A stretch of DNA of 63,451 nucleotides from a virus (Duplodnaviria; Caudoviricetes). Position 1 is the first letter of the stretch, and each line of letters starts with the position of its first letter. Position numbers and translations under genes: made by a program. Where the stretch lies: the IMG/VR virus record IMGVR_UViG_3300007960_000021, positions 1 through 63,451 of that record; one strand, written 5' to 3'. Positions 8,874 to 18,471 of the stretch are shown here, one piece after another. The notes beneath the pieces were generated by a model, which was not told the origin of the DNA, searched no databases, and saw nothing but the letters and a program-made list of their open reading frames with translations.

Positions 8874-9317
8874 ATGCAGATTATCTGGCACAATGGCCAC
8901 CGCAAAGTAAAGGTATCCGACCGCGAGCGTTCGCGATGGGATACGAGCCTGAATGACATTGAGGCGTTGCTGCGATCGGTCGCCAATGACGGAGGCGTTG
9001 ACATCGTGATGGAGCTTCGCGGCATGATCGACGAAGCCTGCAAGGACTCGCTTCCTGGCAGCAAGGAGGCGAGTGACGAGCCGCCGCCTGCCGCTGGCAG
9101 GCTGTTCGATGAGGAAGGCGAGGCCGTTGCCAACAATCCTGACCCGCCGATTGGCGAATGCGACGGACGCCTGACAATGGAAGAGGCCCAGAAGATACTT
9201 GACGACGCGAGCGCTGTCCCTCCCGCGAGCTATGTTGCTCCGGTGAAGAAAGACATCGGTGAGATAGGCACTCCCGTCCCCAAGCCTTCGCGTTCTGGTA
9301 CTGCCGCGAAGAAGTAA
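8874..9317 (+). CDS. Hypothetical protein
   Basis: AGGAG RBS, 147 aa ORF. Confidence 0.55.
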   Translation: MQIIWHNGHRKVKVSDRERSRWDTSLNDIEALLRSVANDGGVDIVMELRGMIDEACKDSLPGSKEASDEPPPAAGRLFDEEGEAVANNPDPPIGECDGRLTMEEAQKILDDASAVPPASYVAPVKKDIGEIGTPVPKPSRSGTAAKK

Positions 9318-9345
9318 CTCAAACCGTAGCCACTGGAGCGATGCC

Positions 9346-9624
9346 GTGAGCAGAAAGAAAAGTAATCGCAATTTCATGTGCGACGCAAGGCTCAGGAATG
9401 AGCTTGCAAGGCTTGAGGCGACTGGCGAGTACAAGGACTTGAAGATCGTTGGCAGTGGGCCAAGCGGGATCATTCGGGGACGCGACAAGAAGAAGGGGTC
9501 GCCTCTGAAGCGACTGTACCCGAAGCCCAGCATGGTACACGAGAAGGTTGACTGCCCTGTCGTTTGGTATAACGGCAGGCGAATTGGCCGGGCACTGAGC
9601 GTTTCGATCAATGGTGGCGTCTGA
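9346..9624 (+). CDS. Hypothetical basic protein
   Basis: ORF with stop/start overlap to the next gene. Confidence 0.5.
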   Translation: MSRKKSNRNFMCDARLRNELARLEATGEYKDLKIVGSGPSGIIRGRDKKKGSPLKRLYPKPSMVHEKVDCPVVWYNGRRIGRALSVSINGGV

Positions 9625-10001
9625 TGGCTGAAGACAACAAGCCTGCGATCACCGCGCTTGCCGCTGCCCAGGAATTCCTTGAGGAGATCATCAGGGACTT
9701 CAACATGTCGCCTGAACTTGAGAAGCGGTTCTGGGTGGCGATGCACGTCCGCTGCGGTGACATGGCTGGCATCAGCGCGAAGGGGAAGGAGCCGACGAAC
9801 GAACTGCTTCCGATGTCTGACGCTGCTGCGAAGGGATTCGAGTGCAGGCGGATGCCATGGGGCAAGCACACTGGAGAGCAGATCAAGGATGTTCCGCTGT
9901 CGTACCTTGAGAAGCTATGCGACCACGATCCGTTCGTTGACGACCTGAAGCGATACCTTGAGTCGCCAAGGATTCGAGTTCAACGCAAGGCATTTGACTG
10001 A
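9624..10001 (+). CDS. DUF3820-like domain protein
   Basis: MPWGKHTGEQIKDVPLSYLEKL motif. Confidence 0.7.
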   Translation: MAEDNKPAITALAAAQEFLEEIIRDFNMSPELEKRFWVAMHVRCGDMAGISAKGKEPTNELLPMSDAAAKGFECRRMPWGKHTGEQIKDVPLSYLEKLCDHDPFVDDLKRYLESPRIRVQRKAFD

Positions 10002-10022
10002 CTGGCTGTCGTTGCGAAGCTG

Positions 10023-10053
10023 AAAGCCGCCGTACCACTACGGCGGCTTTTTT
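10023..10053 (+). terminator. Intrinsic terminator
   Basis: AAAGCCGCCGTA-CCAC-TACGGCGGCTTT followed by TTT. Confidence 0.85.
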
Positions 10054-10057
10054 CGTT

Positions 10058-10073
10058 GTCTCATTACTGAGAC
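10058..10073 (+). repeat. 16-bp palindrome, perfect copy, upstream of head operon
   Basis: Exact match between the terminator and the protease gene. Confidence 0.95.
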
Positions 10074-10193
10074 CCAGGTTTTTTTGCTCAGAATGCGCAG
10101 AATGCTCACCATATTGGTATGATCTGACGGAAGGCCATTGATTCCAGGTGGCCTGAGCGGTTTAGATTGGTCGTACCAGCAACGGAGACGCAG

Positions 10194-11915
10194 ATGTACT
10201 ACCGCAAGAACATTCTGAAGGTTGGAACGTATCACTCGCCGGATGATATTGTTCATGTGACGCCGCAGAGACTGTCTCAGTGGGCGAAGACCTTCAACCA
10301 GATGCGAAAGAACAAGCAGGTTGTTCCGATGCACTGGGATCACTCGGACGACATTGACGACTGCGTTCCACTGTCCATGTCCGAGTACGAGAAGCGCCGA
10401 ACCGCGAAGAACACCGTTGGCCGCATGTCGGCGTTTGAGCTATCGAAGGATGGCAAGTCTGCGGTAGTGACGACTGCGTTCAGCAGCAAAGCGGCTGCGA
10501 GAAAGGCGGCTGGCAATGACATCTTCGTGTCGCCTGTCATTCTGCCGAAGTTCCGCGATGGCTCTGGCAACGAGTACCAGGACGTCATTGGCGCACTTGA
10601 CCTTGTTAACTATCCGGTCGATTCAAGCCAGGGGCCGTTTGTCCCGGTGACGATGAGCGCGATGAAGAGTGGGATGCGGCCGTGCGTAGCGATTCGCATG
10701 GGCATTGAGCTTGCCGAGCCTGTCGTGTATCGGCTTGGCTGCGACGACGAACCTGCCAAGAAGAAAAGGGCGGTGAAGATGGCAAGTGACGACTACGAAG
10801 AAGATGACGACGAACTCGAAGATGAGGACGTCGATGACGACGACTACGAAGACGACGTCGAGGATGAAGAGGAAGGTCTCGACGACGAAGAGGAAGATGA
10901 CTACGAGGACGCTGGCGACGACGATCCCGAAGACGACATCGGTGACATCGGCGGCGATGATGTCGAAGATGAAGACTACGAGGATGAGGACATTGACGCT
11001 GACGACTCGGACATGGACGACGAGGACATGGAGTCCGAGATCGAAGGTGCCGTTGACGAGTACGCCGACGACTACGCGGACGATCCGGTCGTTGACGATG
11101 CCGATCTTGAGGACGATGACTACGACTCTGACGGCGACGGGCTTGACGACGAGCTTGGCGACCTTGACGAAGAGGACGAGCCGATCGAAATGTCGGACGA
11201 CGAGGCCATGGATGCCATGCTGAACGACGACGACGGCATGGGCATGGGTGGCGGCATGGGTGGCGGCATGGACAGTGGCCTTGAAGGCGGATTCGGTGCG
11301 ATCATCGGAGAGAACCTTGAGGCTGCCGGAATTGCGGCTCCGCTTGACTGCGATCCTGAGCAGAACCCGCGTGAGTACCTTTTGCAGCTTACTGCCGCAC
11401 TGCGGCAGAGGACGATGGACGACGGCGGCGGCGGTGTCGATGTTGGCGGCGCTGACGAAGAAGATGTGCCGTTCGACGACTATAACGAGGAGGACCTTGA
11501 AGTGAAGTCACCGGAAATGGCAACGCTTTCCTTGCGAACCAAGCAGGCCACGAAGCGGGCTGCTGCGGCCGAGAAGTACTTGATGGCCGGTGAGCGGAAG
11601 CGACTGAGCGCTCGCGTCAGCCGGATGTATCGCCTTGGCAAGCTGACTGGCCGCGAGGCACTGAATCTGCAGAAAAAGATTCGCGTCGTACAGCTCTCCC
11701 TTGGCGCGCGCGGCGTGAAGCTGACGAACGTGCATCGGTTCCTTGAGTCGCGAAAGACGGTGCCTGCCGGGACCTTCCTGACCGACGCCAAGCGTGCTCG
11801 CTTGTCCGTGATGCCTCAGCCGAAGCTGTCGGCCCAACGAGAAGTGACTGCGGAGCAAGCGGCTGCGGAGGCTGCAAAGCTGGCTGAAAAGAACCCGGCG
11901 ATGTACCGCAAGTAG
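10194..11915 (+). CDS. Prohead protease-scaffold (Mu gpI-like) with long acidic insert
   Basis: N-terminal VPMHWDH...FVSP...LVNYP pattern; position before decoration and capsid genes; ~150 aa D/E tract; helical scaffold-like C-terminus. Confidence 0.7.
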   Translation: MYYRKNILKVGTYHSPDDIVHVTPQRLSQWAKTFNQMRKNKQVVPMHWDHSDDIDDCVPLSMSEYEKRRTAKNTVGRMSAFELSKDGKSAVVTTAFSSKAAARKAAGNDIFVSPVILPKFRDGSGNEYQDVIGALDLVNYPVDSSQGPFVPVTMSAMKSGMRPCVAIRMGIELAEPVVYRLGCDDEPAKKKRAVKMASDDYEEDDDELEDEDVDDDDYEDDVEDEEEGLDDEEEDDYEDAGDDDPEDDIGDIGGDDVEDEDYEDEDIDADDSDMDDEDMESEIEGAVDEYADDYADDPVVDDADLEDDDYDSDGDGLDDELGDLDEEDEPIEMSDDEAMDAMLNDDDGMGMGGGMGGGMDSGLEGGFGAIIGENLEAAGIAAPLDCDPEQNPREYLLQLTAALRQRTMDDGGGGVDVGGADEEDVPFDDYNEEDLEVKSPEMATLSLRTKQATKRAAAAEKYLMAGERKRLSARVSRMYRLGKLTGREALNLQKKIRVVQLSLGARGVKLTNVHRFLESRKTVPAGTFLTDAKRARLSVMPQPKLSAQREVTAEQAAAEAAKLAEKNPAMYRK

Positions 11916-11970
11916 TTGCCGAGCGTTCGATTGCCTTGACGATGTTTAATTGCTGAACGGAGATTGCCAG

Positions 11971-12819
11971 ATGGCTTACGTGCCCAACCCGACCGTCGGA
12001 GCGAATCCTGGCATTGGCGCCAAGGTCGAGACGACGGAAAAGAAAGTATGGTATGGCCGTTACGAGCAACTGCTGATCGCTGGCAATGTCCAGATCGGTA
12101 GCTCGACGGTTGACGCAGGAAACAGCCCGACGACCGAGCTTCGCCCTGGACTGATCCTTGGCATGAAGACCTCGGACAGTAAGTTGTACCAGTGGAATCC
12201 TGATGCGACGGACGGAACCGAACGAGTGTTCGGCGTCCTGCTTGAAGGCTTGTCGATGCTCGACAACTACGGTACGGTCGAGGACAAGACTGCCCAGGTG
12301 ATTATCAAGGGCGGACTGGACGCGGCCTCCTTGCTGATCGAAGGCACGCTGTTCACGTCGAGCACTGCCGAGCACTTGGCTCGCTGCCAGATGGCCGACC
12401 GATTCTTGTTCAGTGACGACATTCAGAACGGTGCTGGCTTCCTTGGGCAGCCGATCCGCAACTTGAACGTAATCACCGATCAAGTCGTCACTGCGGCGCA
12501 CAACGGCACTCGCTTCATTGCGACGACTGCCGACTGCGACTTCACGCTGCCGACCATCGAGGCTGGCCTGGCGTTCGAGTTCCTGCGGGCGTCCGATCAT
12601 GAGATGGCTGTCATTTCGGCCGAGGGCGACAACATTATCGTCGGCAATGACCTGTCGGCCGACTCCGTGACGTTCACGACGGCCGGTCAGCAGATTGGCG
12701 CCCTGGTGCGGATTGAGGCGGTGTACGTCGGCAGCACGCTGAAGTGGCTGGCCACGCTGCCGAGTGTCCCGTTTGGCACTGGCTTGACTGGCGGATTCGC
12801 CTACGCCATCGCCACGTAG
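11971..12819 (+). CDS. Head decoration/cement protein with C-terminal extension
   Basis: TELRPGLILG...YQWNPDATDGTE...GVL resembles lambda-D-like decoration proteins; position before MCP. Confidence 0.7.
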   Translation: MAYVPNPTVGANPGIGAKVETTEKKVWYGRYEQLLIAGNVQIGSSTVDAGNSPTTELRPGLILGMKTSDSKLYQWNPDATDGTERVFGVLLEGLSMLDNYGTVEDKTAQVIIKGGLDAASLLIEGTLFTSSTAEHLARCQMADRFLFSDDIQNGAGFLGQPIRNLNVITDQVVTAAHNGTRFIATTADCDFTLPTIEAGLAFEFLRASDHEMAVISAEGDNIIVGNDLSADSVTFTTAGQQIGALVRIEAVYVGSTLKWLATLPSVPFGTGLTGGFAYAIAT

Positions 12820-12879
12820 TTCAGTTGACGCGGTGGCATGGGATTGCTCTTTCTCTTGATATGACAAAGGTCTGGTTGA

Positions 12880-13533
12880 ATGGCAAAGCAGCAGGATGTG
12901 AAACAGGAAGACAAGGCCCCTGCGAGTGAAGCAACTCCGCTTGACTCGAAGACGGCCGACATGTTTGCCCGCCTCGAAGAGATGCAGGCAAGCCTGGAAG
13001 CCCGCGAGCAGGAACTCATTGTGCAGCAGGAGTCGCTGCGAAACGAGGACTTGCAGCGGAAGATCGAATGGCAAGAGCAGATGAATGCTGTCATTGCCAA
13101 GCAGGAAATGATCGACCGTGCTGCAAGGGAAGCGGAGGCCAAGTCGCCGTCTGCCGACCAGGAAATCCTGCGGATGGCGAACATCCTGCGTACTGCCGTT
13201 CAGCCTGGCGTCACGCTGATCCCCGGCATTCCGGTGAGAGGCGACATTATCAAGGTGAAGCGGGGCGACGTCGTTGCGTACGACGCCGTCCGTCAGGGTC
13301 CGCCGCTTGGTGGATGGGTGAAAGCTGACGAGGACACGGTGTGCGGCCCGATGATGCCGATTATCGGCATTGCGTTGCACGACTTCAGCTATGACTCCGT
13401 TCGCGGTGCCCCGTACCATTCCGTCAAGTTCCAGAAATGGAAGAGGTTCTTCAAGGAGCGAGGCTCTGTCGTTGTCGGCAAGCGTGAGTTGCCGGATGCT
13501 CCGAGCCCTGAGGCTGGTTACGTCGTTTACTGA
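12880..13533 (+). CDS. Hypothetical protein with N-terminal coiled coil
   Basis: E/Q-rich helical N-terminal half; lies inside the head operon. Confidence 0.55.
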   Translation: MAKQQDVKQEDKAPASEATPLDSKTADMFARLEEMQASLEAREQELIVQQESLRNEDLQRKIEWQEQMNAVIAKQEMIDRAAREAEAKSPSADQEILRMANILRTAVQPGVTLIPGIPVRGDIIKVKRGDVVAYDAVRQGPPLGGWVKADEDTVCGPMMPIIGIALHDFSYDSVRGAPYHSVKFQKWKRFFKERGSVVVGKRELPDAPSPEAGYVVY

Positions 13534-13576
13534 TCCGGAGCGTTCCTGCCGGAAGCCACATTGAGGAGGAAGTCTA

Positions 13577-14677
13577 GTGCCTGTTCTGCCCACGTTTCTG
13601 CACCCGCAGATGGTCATGGCTCGTATCAGCCGACTGATTGTCATTAACACGACGCTGCAGGACCGATTTGGGACTGGCGCTGGCGGGAGCAATGTCCGCA
13701 AGACGCCGAGCCGAAGCGGTTCCTACGACGTGTTTGACGACACTCGTGAAGTTGCGACCGCGACCGTCCCCGGTGCCCCGGCTGTCCACATTGCCCGGCA
13801 GCCTGTCGGCAATGTTCCGTTCCGCATCCCGCGTTCGGCTGAGAAGCTGCCGATCCCGAAGGAGACCGTCAACCAGATTCGTCCGGTTGGTGGTCAGGTC
13901 AATGAGATTGACGAGCTTGGCCGTCAGTACATCCAAGACCAAGAGCAGATCGTCCGCCAGCGCAACACGAACCTGCGTGAGTTCCAGACCTCTGCGATGC
14001 TCCGTGGCTCGTACACGTTCACGCAGTCCGGCGTTGACATGTTCACCCATGCCTACAGCGGTGGCTCGATCACCGTTGACTACCAGATTCCGGCTGGCAA
14101 CAAGAGCCAGTTGGACATGACTGGCGACGGTGACATCATCGGCACTGCCTGGGACAACTCGGCCGCGCCGATCGTCCGCGACCTGCTGGCCATCAATGCG
14201 GCGTTCATCGAGAACGTGGGCATTGGCCTGCATGACGTGTTCGTGACGTCGGTCATGTGGGGCCACATCGTCGTGAACGCCGAGGTTCAGTCCTTGGCCG
14301 GATCGACGAATGATCCCGTGTTGGAGTTCAAGCGCGATGAAGTGAAGCAGGAGTTTACTGCGGTCCTTCGCGGTGCCCCCTGGGTCACGTTCCACATCGT
14401 TGACAACGGCTTGAACTTGAGCGGGACGTTCACGAAGCTGATCGCGGACACGGCTGGCGTGTTCACGACCGGCATCGACTCGCGAGTCGTACAGTTCTGG
14501 GAATGCCCTGAGCCGGTGATGAACCCGGTGACGCAGGCCGAGAGCAACGAGTACGGCGAGTACTACTACCACAAGCTGCTTGACGACCCGGTTAGCTACG
14601 AGTTCCATTCGCGGTACAACGGCCTGCCGGTGCTCTTGATTCCCGCTGCCATCTGTTACGCTACCCTGGACTTCTAA
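13577..14677 (+). CDS. Major capsid protein (HK97 fold, lambda gpE-like)
   Basis: 366 aa; VDYQIPAGNK...WDNSAAPIVRDL...SRYNGLPVLLIPAAI; strong GAGGAGG RBS; terminator follows. Confidence 0.85.
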   Translation: MPVLPTFLHPQMVMARISRLIVINTTLQDRFGTGAGGSNVRKTPSRSGSYDVFDDTREVATATVPGAPAVHIARQPVGNVPFRIPRSAEKLPIPKETVNQIRPVGGQVNEIDELGRQYIQDQEQIVRQRNTNLREFQTSAMLRGSYTFTQSGVDMFTHAYSGGSITVDYQIPAGNKSQLDMTGDGDIIGTAWDNSAAPIVRDLLAINAAFIENVGIGLHDVFVTSVMWGHIVVNAEVQSLAGSTNDPVLEFKRDEVKQEFTAVLRGAPWVTFHIVDNGLNLSGTFTKLIADTAGVFTTGIDSRVVQFWECPEPVMNPVTQAESNEYGEYYYHKLLDDPVSYEFHSRYNGLPVLLIPAAICYATLDF

Positions 14678-14728
14678 TCGAAGTCCATTAACTGTGAGCT
14701 GTCGCCACGCCATCGCGTCGCTGCAAAT

Positions 14729-14761
14729 AGCCGGGTCGGGTGCATTCCCGGCCCGGCTTTT
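14729..14761 (+). terminator. Intrinsic terminator after MCP
   Basis: AGCCGGGTCGGG-loop-CCCGGCCCGGCT followed by TTT. Confidence 0.75.
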
Positions 14762-14781
14762 GTCATTTGAAGGAGCAGAAC

Positions 14782-15285
14782 ATGGCGGTCTCATTGCTGC
14801 AACACGCCCTGTCGAGCGTCAGTGAACTTGAACGCAAGTTTGGCCCCAAGGCGATTCGCCTGTGGTCTGACCACGACCGAGACGGAGGCATCAACACTGA
14901 CGTAGTGAACGATGCCATCAACGCTGCGACCGAAGAGACTTGGGCATACACGGAGCCTGCTGGCTACGCGGCCGTTGACATCGTCAACAGCACGCTGCTT
15001 CGCCGTTGGTGTACGATCGCGGCTGGCCTGTTCCTGTCCACTGATCGCGGCAACTCTCCACCTGAATCGCTTGTGAAAGAGTTCGAGCGAATCTATGGAC
15101 CGCAGGGGCAGATGGTCAGCCTGGCGCGAAGCGGCCTGACACTGCCTGGCATCACGAAGTCGATCAACGTAATGCCAGCGCTGAGCAACCTGCGTCCTCA
15201 TCGCGGATACGCGAATGCAAAGGTTCGCGTCGTTACTGAGACAAGCTTTCCGCTGCCGTCAAAGACAAAGCAGTTCCGAGACTGA
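14782..15285 (+). CDS. Head-tail adaptor (Mu gp36/DUF1320-like)
   Basis: ELERKFG...DHDRDG.INTDVVNDAINAATEE...LLRRWCTIAA...L; position after MCP. Confidence 0.7.
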   Translation: MAVSLLQHALSSVSELERKFGPKAIRLWSDHDRDGGINTDVVNDAINAATEETWAYTEPAGYAAVDIVNSTLLRRWCTIAAGLFLSTDRGNSPPESLVKEFERIYGPQGQMVSLARSGLTLPGITKSINVMPALSNLRPHRGYANAKVRVVTETSFPLPSKTKQFRD

Positions 15286-15286
15286 C

Positions 15287-16099
15287 ATGGCGCTGAAGTA
15301 CGAAGGTGACGTTGACGAACTCATTGAAGAACTGTCTTCGATGCCGTTCGTCGTGTTTGGCACTGGAGCCAAGGAGGACTTCGGCAGAATCGTAATGACC
15401 GCGATAGGGTTCGCTGCCATATCGGACTTGCACAAATCGTTCGTCACGAAGTCTCGCGGCGGCACTGACGAGATGGGGGTGAAGTGGCCGAAGCTGTCGC
15501 CTGTAACGATTGCGAATAGAAAGGTCGGCAAGGACGACGTGTTCAGGGGGCGGTCTGCAAAAGGCGGTGCATTTGTTGGCGGAAGATACTATCATGGCGG
15601 ACAGTATTTACCGAAGAATACAATTCAGGAACGTGAGAAGATAAGGAAGGCTGAGTTCCGAAAGGCATTGAAGCGCCTGATGGTTTCGATGCCTGAAGCA
15701 GATGCGAGAGCAAGGGCCGAGAGGGTAGCGCAGCATAGGACGACGCAGCTCACTGGCCTGTCAAAGCTTCATGCCCTTGGTTCGCGTGACGTTGAGATAC
15801 TGAGGGACACAGGCGTCATGCTGTCAACCTTGACGCCTGGCGTTTTCCGGATGAGCAAGGACTCGGTGTCGTACGATCCTCCTGATGGACAGATTTTCAA
15901 TGTCAGCGCTGACAAGGTTGTGATTGCAAGCTCTGACCCGCGAGTAGCAATGCACGACAAGGGGAACCCGAAAAGGAATCTGCCGCGACGGCAGATTTTC
16001 CCAGGGGACGATGAGATACCGGAGGCGTGGCTGCAGAACTGGTGTGACGCTGGCGCTCAGGCAGTCCTTGTGATGATGAACCAGACGTACGGGAGGTAG
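15287..16099 (+). CDS. Virion morphogenesis / tail completion protein (Mu gpG-like)
   Basis: GVKWPKLSPVTIANRK...ILRDTGVM...MHDKG...LPRRQIFP. Confidence 0.75.
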   Translation: MALKYEGDVDELIEELSSMPFVVFGTGAKEDFGRIVMTAIGFAAISDLHKSFVTKSRGGTDEMGVKWPKLSPVTIANRKVGKDDVFRGRSAKGGAFVGGRYYHGGQYLPKNTIQEREKIRKAEFRKALKRLMVSMPEADARARAERVAQHRTTQLTGLSKLHALGSRDVEILRDTGVMLSTLTPGVFRMSKDSVSYDPPDGQIFNVSADKVVIASSDPRVAMHDKGNPKRNLPRRQIFPGDDEIPEAWLQNWCDAGAQAVLVMMNQTYGR

Positions 16100-16101
16100 C
16101 G

Positions 16102-16659
16102 ATGGCGAGGGACTACTTTGGCGAGCAGGCGCTGCTTGAGGCGACGCTCAAGATCGTTCGGGATGTCTGCGGGTACACAGAGGACGTGTGTCGCGTTGAG
16201 TACGATGAATTTGCCCCAGCCGAGGTTGGTCAGATTTACGTTGCAATCATGTCGAATGGCGTTCGCCCCGGCCGGACGCACTCGCCAAGCGGAACGGTGA
16301 TTGACGAGACCTACGGGATCGAGATAGCTGTCGTCATGCGGGTGGCCGATGTCCCCAAAGACTCGCTGTCGGACTTCTATTTGCACGGAGCCAACAGCCT
16401 GAACTCGGAGCTTGGCCGAATCCGAGATGCCGTTGACTTCAGCTATGACTTGATGAACGACTGCAACGAGCAACTGAAGAGGCTATCGAAGAACGTCTCC
16501 GCGCAGCCGTTCAGCCATCCGCTCGTATGGCAAGGGTACTCGGCGCGTCCAAGGATTGTTGGCTCTGAGTACTTCTCTGACATTGCAGGAGAGCAAAAGG
16601 CTGGCTTGGTGAGGAGCGTTCAGTTTGACGAAGCAAGGCGAATCCAAAACAGGTATTGA
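16102..16659 (+). CDS. Putative tail terminator/neck protein
   Basis: Size and synteny only. Confidence 0.4.
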   Translation: MARDYFGEQALLEATLKIVRDVCGYTEDVCRVEYDEFAPAEVGQIYVAIMSNGVRPGRTHSPSGTVIDETYGIEIAVVMRVADVPKDSLSDFYLHGANSLNSELGRIRDAVDFSYDLMNDCNEQLKRLSKNVSAQPFSHPLVWQGYSARPRIVGSEYFSDIAGEQKAGLVRSVQFDEARRIQNRY

Positions 16660-16662
16660 GCG

Positions 16663-17148
16663 ATGGCAAAGCAAAGCTACTACGATCTTGAGAAGGTTGA
16701 GCACAGAAGGGCAGTGGCGGCAAGGTCGTTTTCGGAGCTTGCCAACAGGAAGGGTCAGCTTGCGTATGACCAGCAGACGACAAAACAGCCGGTCTGGATG
16801 CGATGCCCGAATCCTGAATGCTGCGAAAAGGGCGAGCCGTACTTTGACTTTCAGTCGGATTACCCGAAGTGCCCGAAGTGCTCGCTTGGTCCGCCTGCTG
16901 TCGAGAAGCGGGCCTTGATGCACTTGCTTGTCAGGGACCCGAAAGGTCCGGTCGTCGGCCAGCTTGGACTGAGGTACGCCTTGGCCTGCGACAAGAAGCG
17001 TGACTACCTCGCGACATGGAGAAACGGAGAGGCGGCGACAGGGAGTCCCAAGGACGTGAATTGCCCTGGATGCAAGAAGAGCAAGGCGTACAAAGCTGGT
17101 ATATTGAGCGGCAGCCAAGAACTGTACATGAACGAGGTCGGCAAATGA
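16663..17148 (+). CDS. Cys-rich Zn-binding protein
   Basis: CPNPECC, CPKC, CPGCK. Confidence 0.55.
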   Translation: MAKQSYYDLEKVEHRRAVAARSFSELANRKGQLAYDQQTTKQPVWMRCPNPECCEKGEPYFDFQSDYPKCPKCSLGPPAVEKRALMHLLVRDPKGPVVGQLGLRYALACDKKRDYLATWRNGEAATGSPKDVNCPGCKKSKAYKAGILSGSQELYMNEVGK

Positions 17149-17579
17149 GCATCTACATCGTGCTGCAATCGAGAGACACTGAGTCGCCTGCCGACGGGGC
17201 GTTTGACGTCCGGCCGATTTCATGGAGACCTCCGCACATGAGCCACTACGGCCACCTGTCTGCGCTCCCTGTTCCTGTTGCTGGCGACGTCAAGTCATGC
17301 CTGCCGCTCAAGACGAGCGTTGCATTCACGCTTGAGGAAGTCGGCCTTGTGGCCGTTGGTTCGCCCCCGGTTCCCACTGAGTTTCAGATTGAGGCCGAGG
17401 ACAAGGATGACGCGGCGCGAATCGTCAGATCGACTGGCAAGCGGGACTCCGAAACGGGCCTCGTCCTTGAGTCTGCGAGAATGGCCTCGGTGAGCGGAAA
17501 GTGGAAGTGTTGGCTGCGCATGTTTCCTGCCCACGGAGACGTTGGGTCGTTTGATATCGAAGAACTTGGAGGACGGTGA
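17145..17579 (+). CDS. Hypothetical protein
   Basis: ATGA overlap with upstream gene. Confidence 0.5.
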   Translation: MSIYIVLQSRDTESPADGAFDVRPISWRPPHMSHYGHLSALPVPVAGDVKSCLPLKTSVAFTLEEVGLVAVGSPPVPTEFQIEAEDKDDAARIVRSTGKRDSETGLVLESARMASVSGKWKCWLRMFPAHGDVGSFDIEELGGR

Positions 17580-17962
17580 TGGACGGAGTAATGAGTCGTG
17601 GCATGTCCTTAGGCGGAACCGCACTCGCTCAGAGTGAAACGCTGACTGGGACGCTGTCCACATTGCTGTTCGAGGAGCAGGTGCCCGATTCGTCCACTGA
17701 CCTTGAAGTCGTCTTGGCGATTGACGTCAGCGCGGTGAAGGCAATCCATATTCAATCCGACCAAGACGTGACGATTGAGACCAACGATGGCACGACGCCT
17801 GACGACACGATCGCACTGAAGGCCAACAAGCCGTATCAGTGGTCAACGAACGACTACCATACGTTCGTGCTTGGCACTGACGTTACTTCGATCTTCGTGA
17901 CGAACGCGAGCGGTGCGACGGCAACTATTTCGATTATTGTCTTGACTGATCCCACGCCGTAA
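17576..17962 (+). CDS. Putative small virion beta-protein
   Basis: Thr-rich, acidic; ends SIFVTNASGATATISI. Confidence 0.5.
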   Translation: MMDGVMSRGMSLGGTALAQSETLTGTLSTLLFEEQVPDSSTDLEVVLAIDVSAVKAIHIQSDQDVTIETNDGTTPDDTIALKANKPYQWSTNDYHTFVLGTDVTSIFVTNASGATATISIIVLTDPTP

Positions 17963-17973
17963 GGAGTTCCCTG

Positions 17974-18444
17974 ATGTCGTTCATTGACGGTGCATACACC
18001 ATCACCTACAAGGCGTCGTCCGTTGGCCAATTGCAGGACGGTGCGAGACTGTCGCATCAACACTTCAAGCGGCTGATTACTGGCGACAACTTTGCGGAGT
18101 CCCCGCAAGACGCGATCTTTCGCGGCGGTGCCCAGTTCAGCGACTGGACGATGCTGGAGTACAACGCTGCCGCAGCGCTGTCGGCTTTCTATCCGTTTGG
18201 GTCGGCCTGGCTGACGATGGACGCTGTCATTGGCGTCCTCGATTCGAGCAAGTACGGCTCGCTGGTGCTCACTGCGGTCGCCGGGACTCCCGCTGCCGCA
18301 TCACCGGCCACTGTCACGCTGCCGAGGTCGATCATCATGGAAGGATTCGACGTTGCTTTGCTGATGGCACCGGACCTGAGGACGGTTCCGATGCGAATGC
18401 GGCACTACGTTGGGTCTGGTGGAGTCTTCGGCACTCTCACGTAG
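17974..18444 (+). CDS. Putative tail tube protein
   Basis: 156 aa, strong AAGGAG RBS, immediately before the tape-measure-like gene. Confidence 0.45.
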   Translation: MSFIDGAYTITYKASSVGQLQDGARLSHQHFKRLITGDNFAESPQDAIFRGGAQFSDWTMLEYNAAAALSAFYPFGSAWLTMDAVIGVLDSSKYGSLVLTAVAGTPAAASPATVTLPRSIIMEGFDVALLMAPDLRTVPMRMRHYVGSGGVFGTLT

Positions 18445-18449
18445 TCGGT

Positions 18450-18465
18450 GTCTCATTACTGAGAC
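18450..18465 (+). repeat. 16-bp palindrome, perfect copy, intergenic
   Basis: Exact match 6 nt before the ATG at 18472. Confidence 0.95.
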
Positions 18466-18471
18466 AATCCA

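Noticed and set aside
11617-13701. 694-aa minus-strand ORF (and other long antisense ORFs such as 23954-25495, 13574-14794, 58087-59649)
   Set aside because: They are shadows of convincing + strand genes in GC-rich DNA, with no recognisable motifs.
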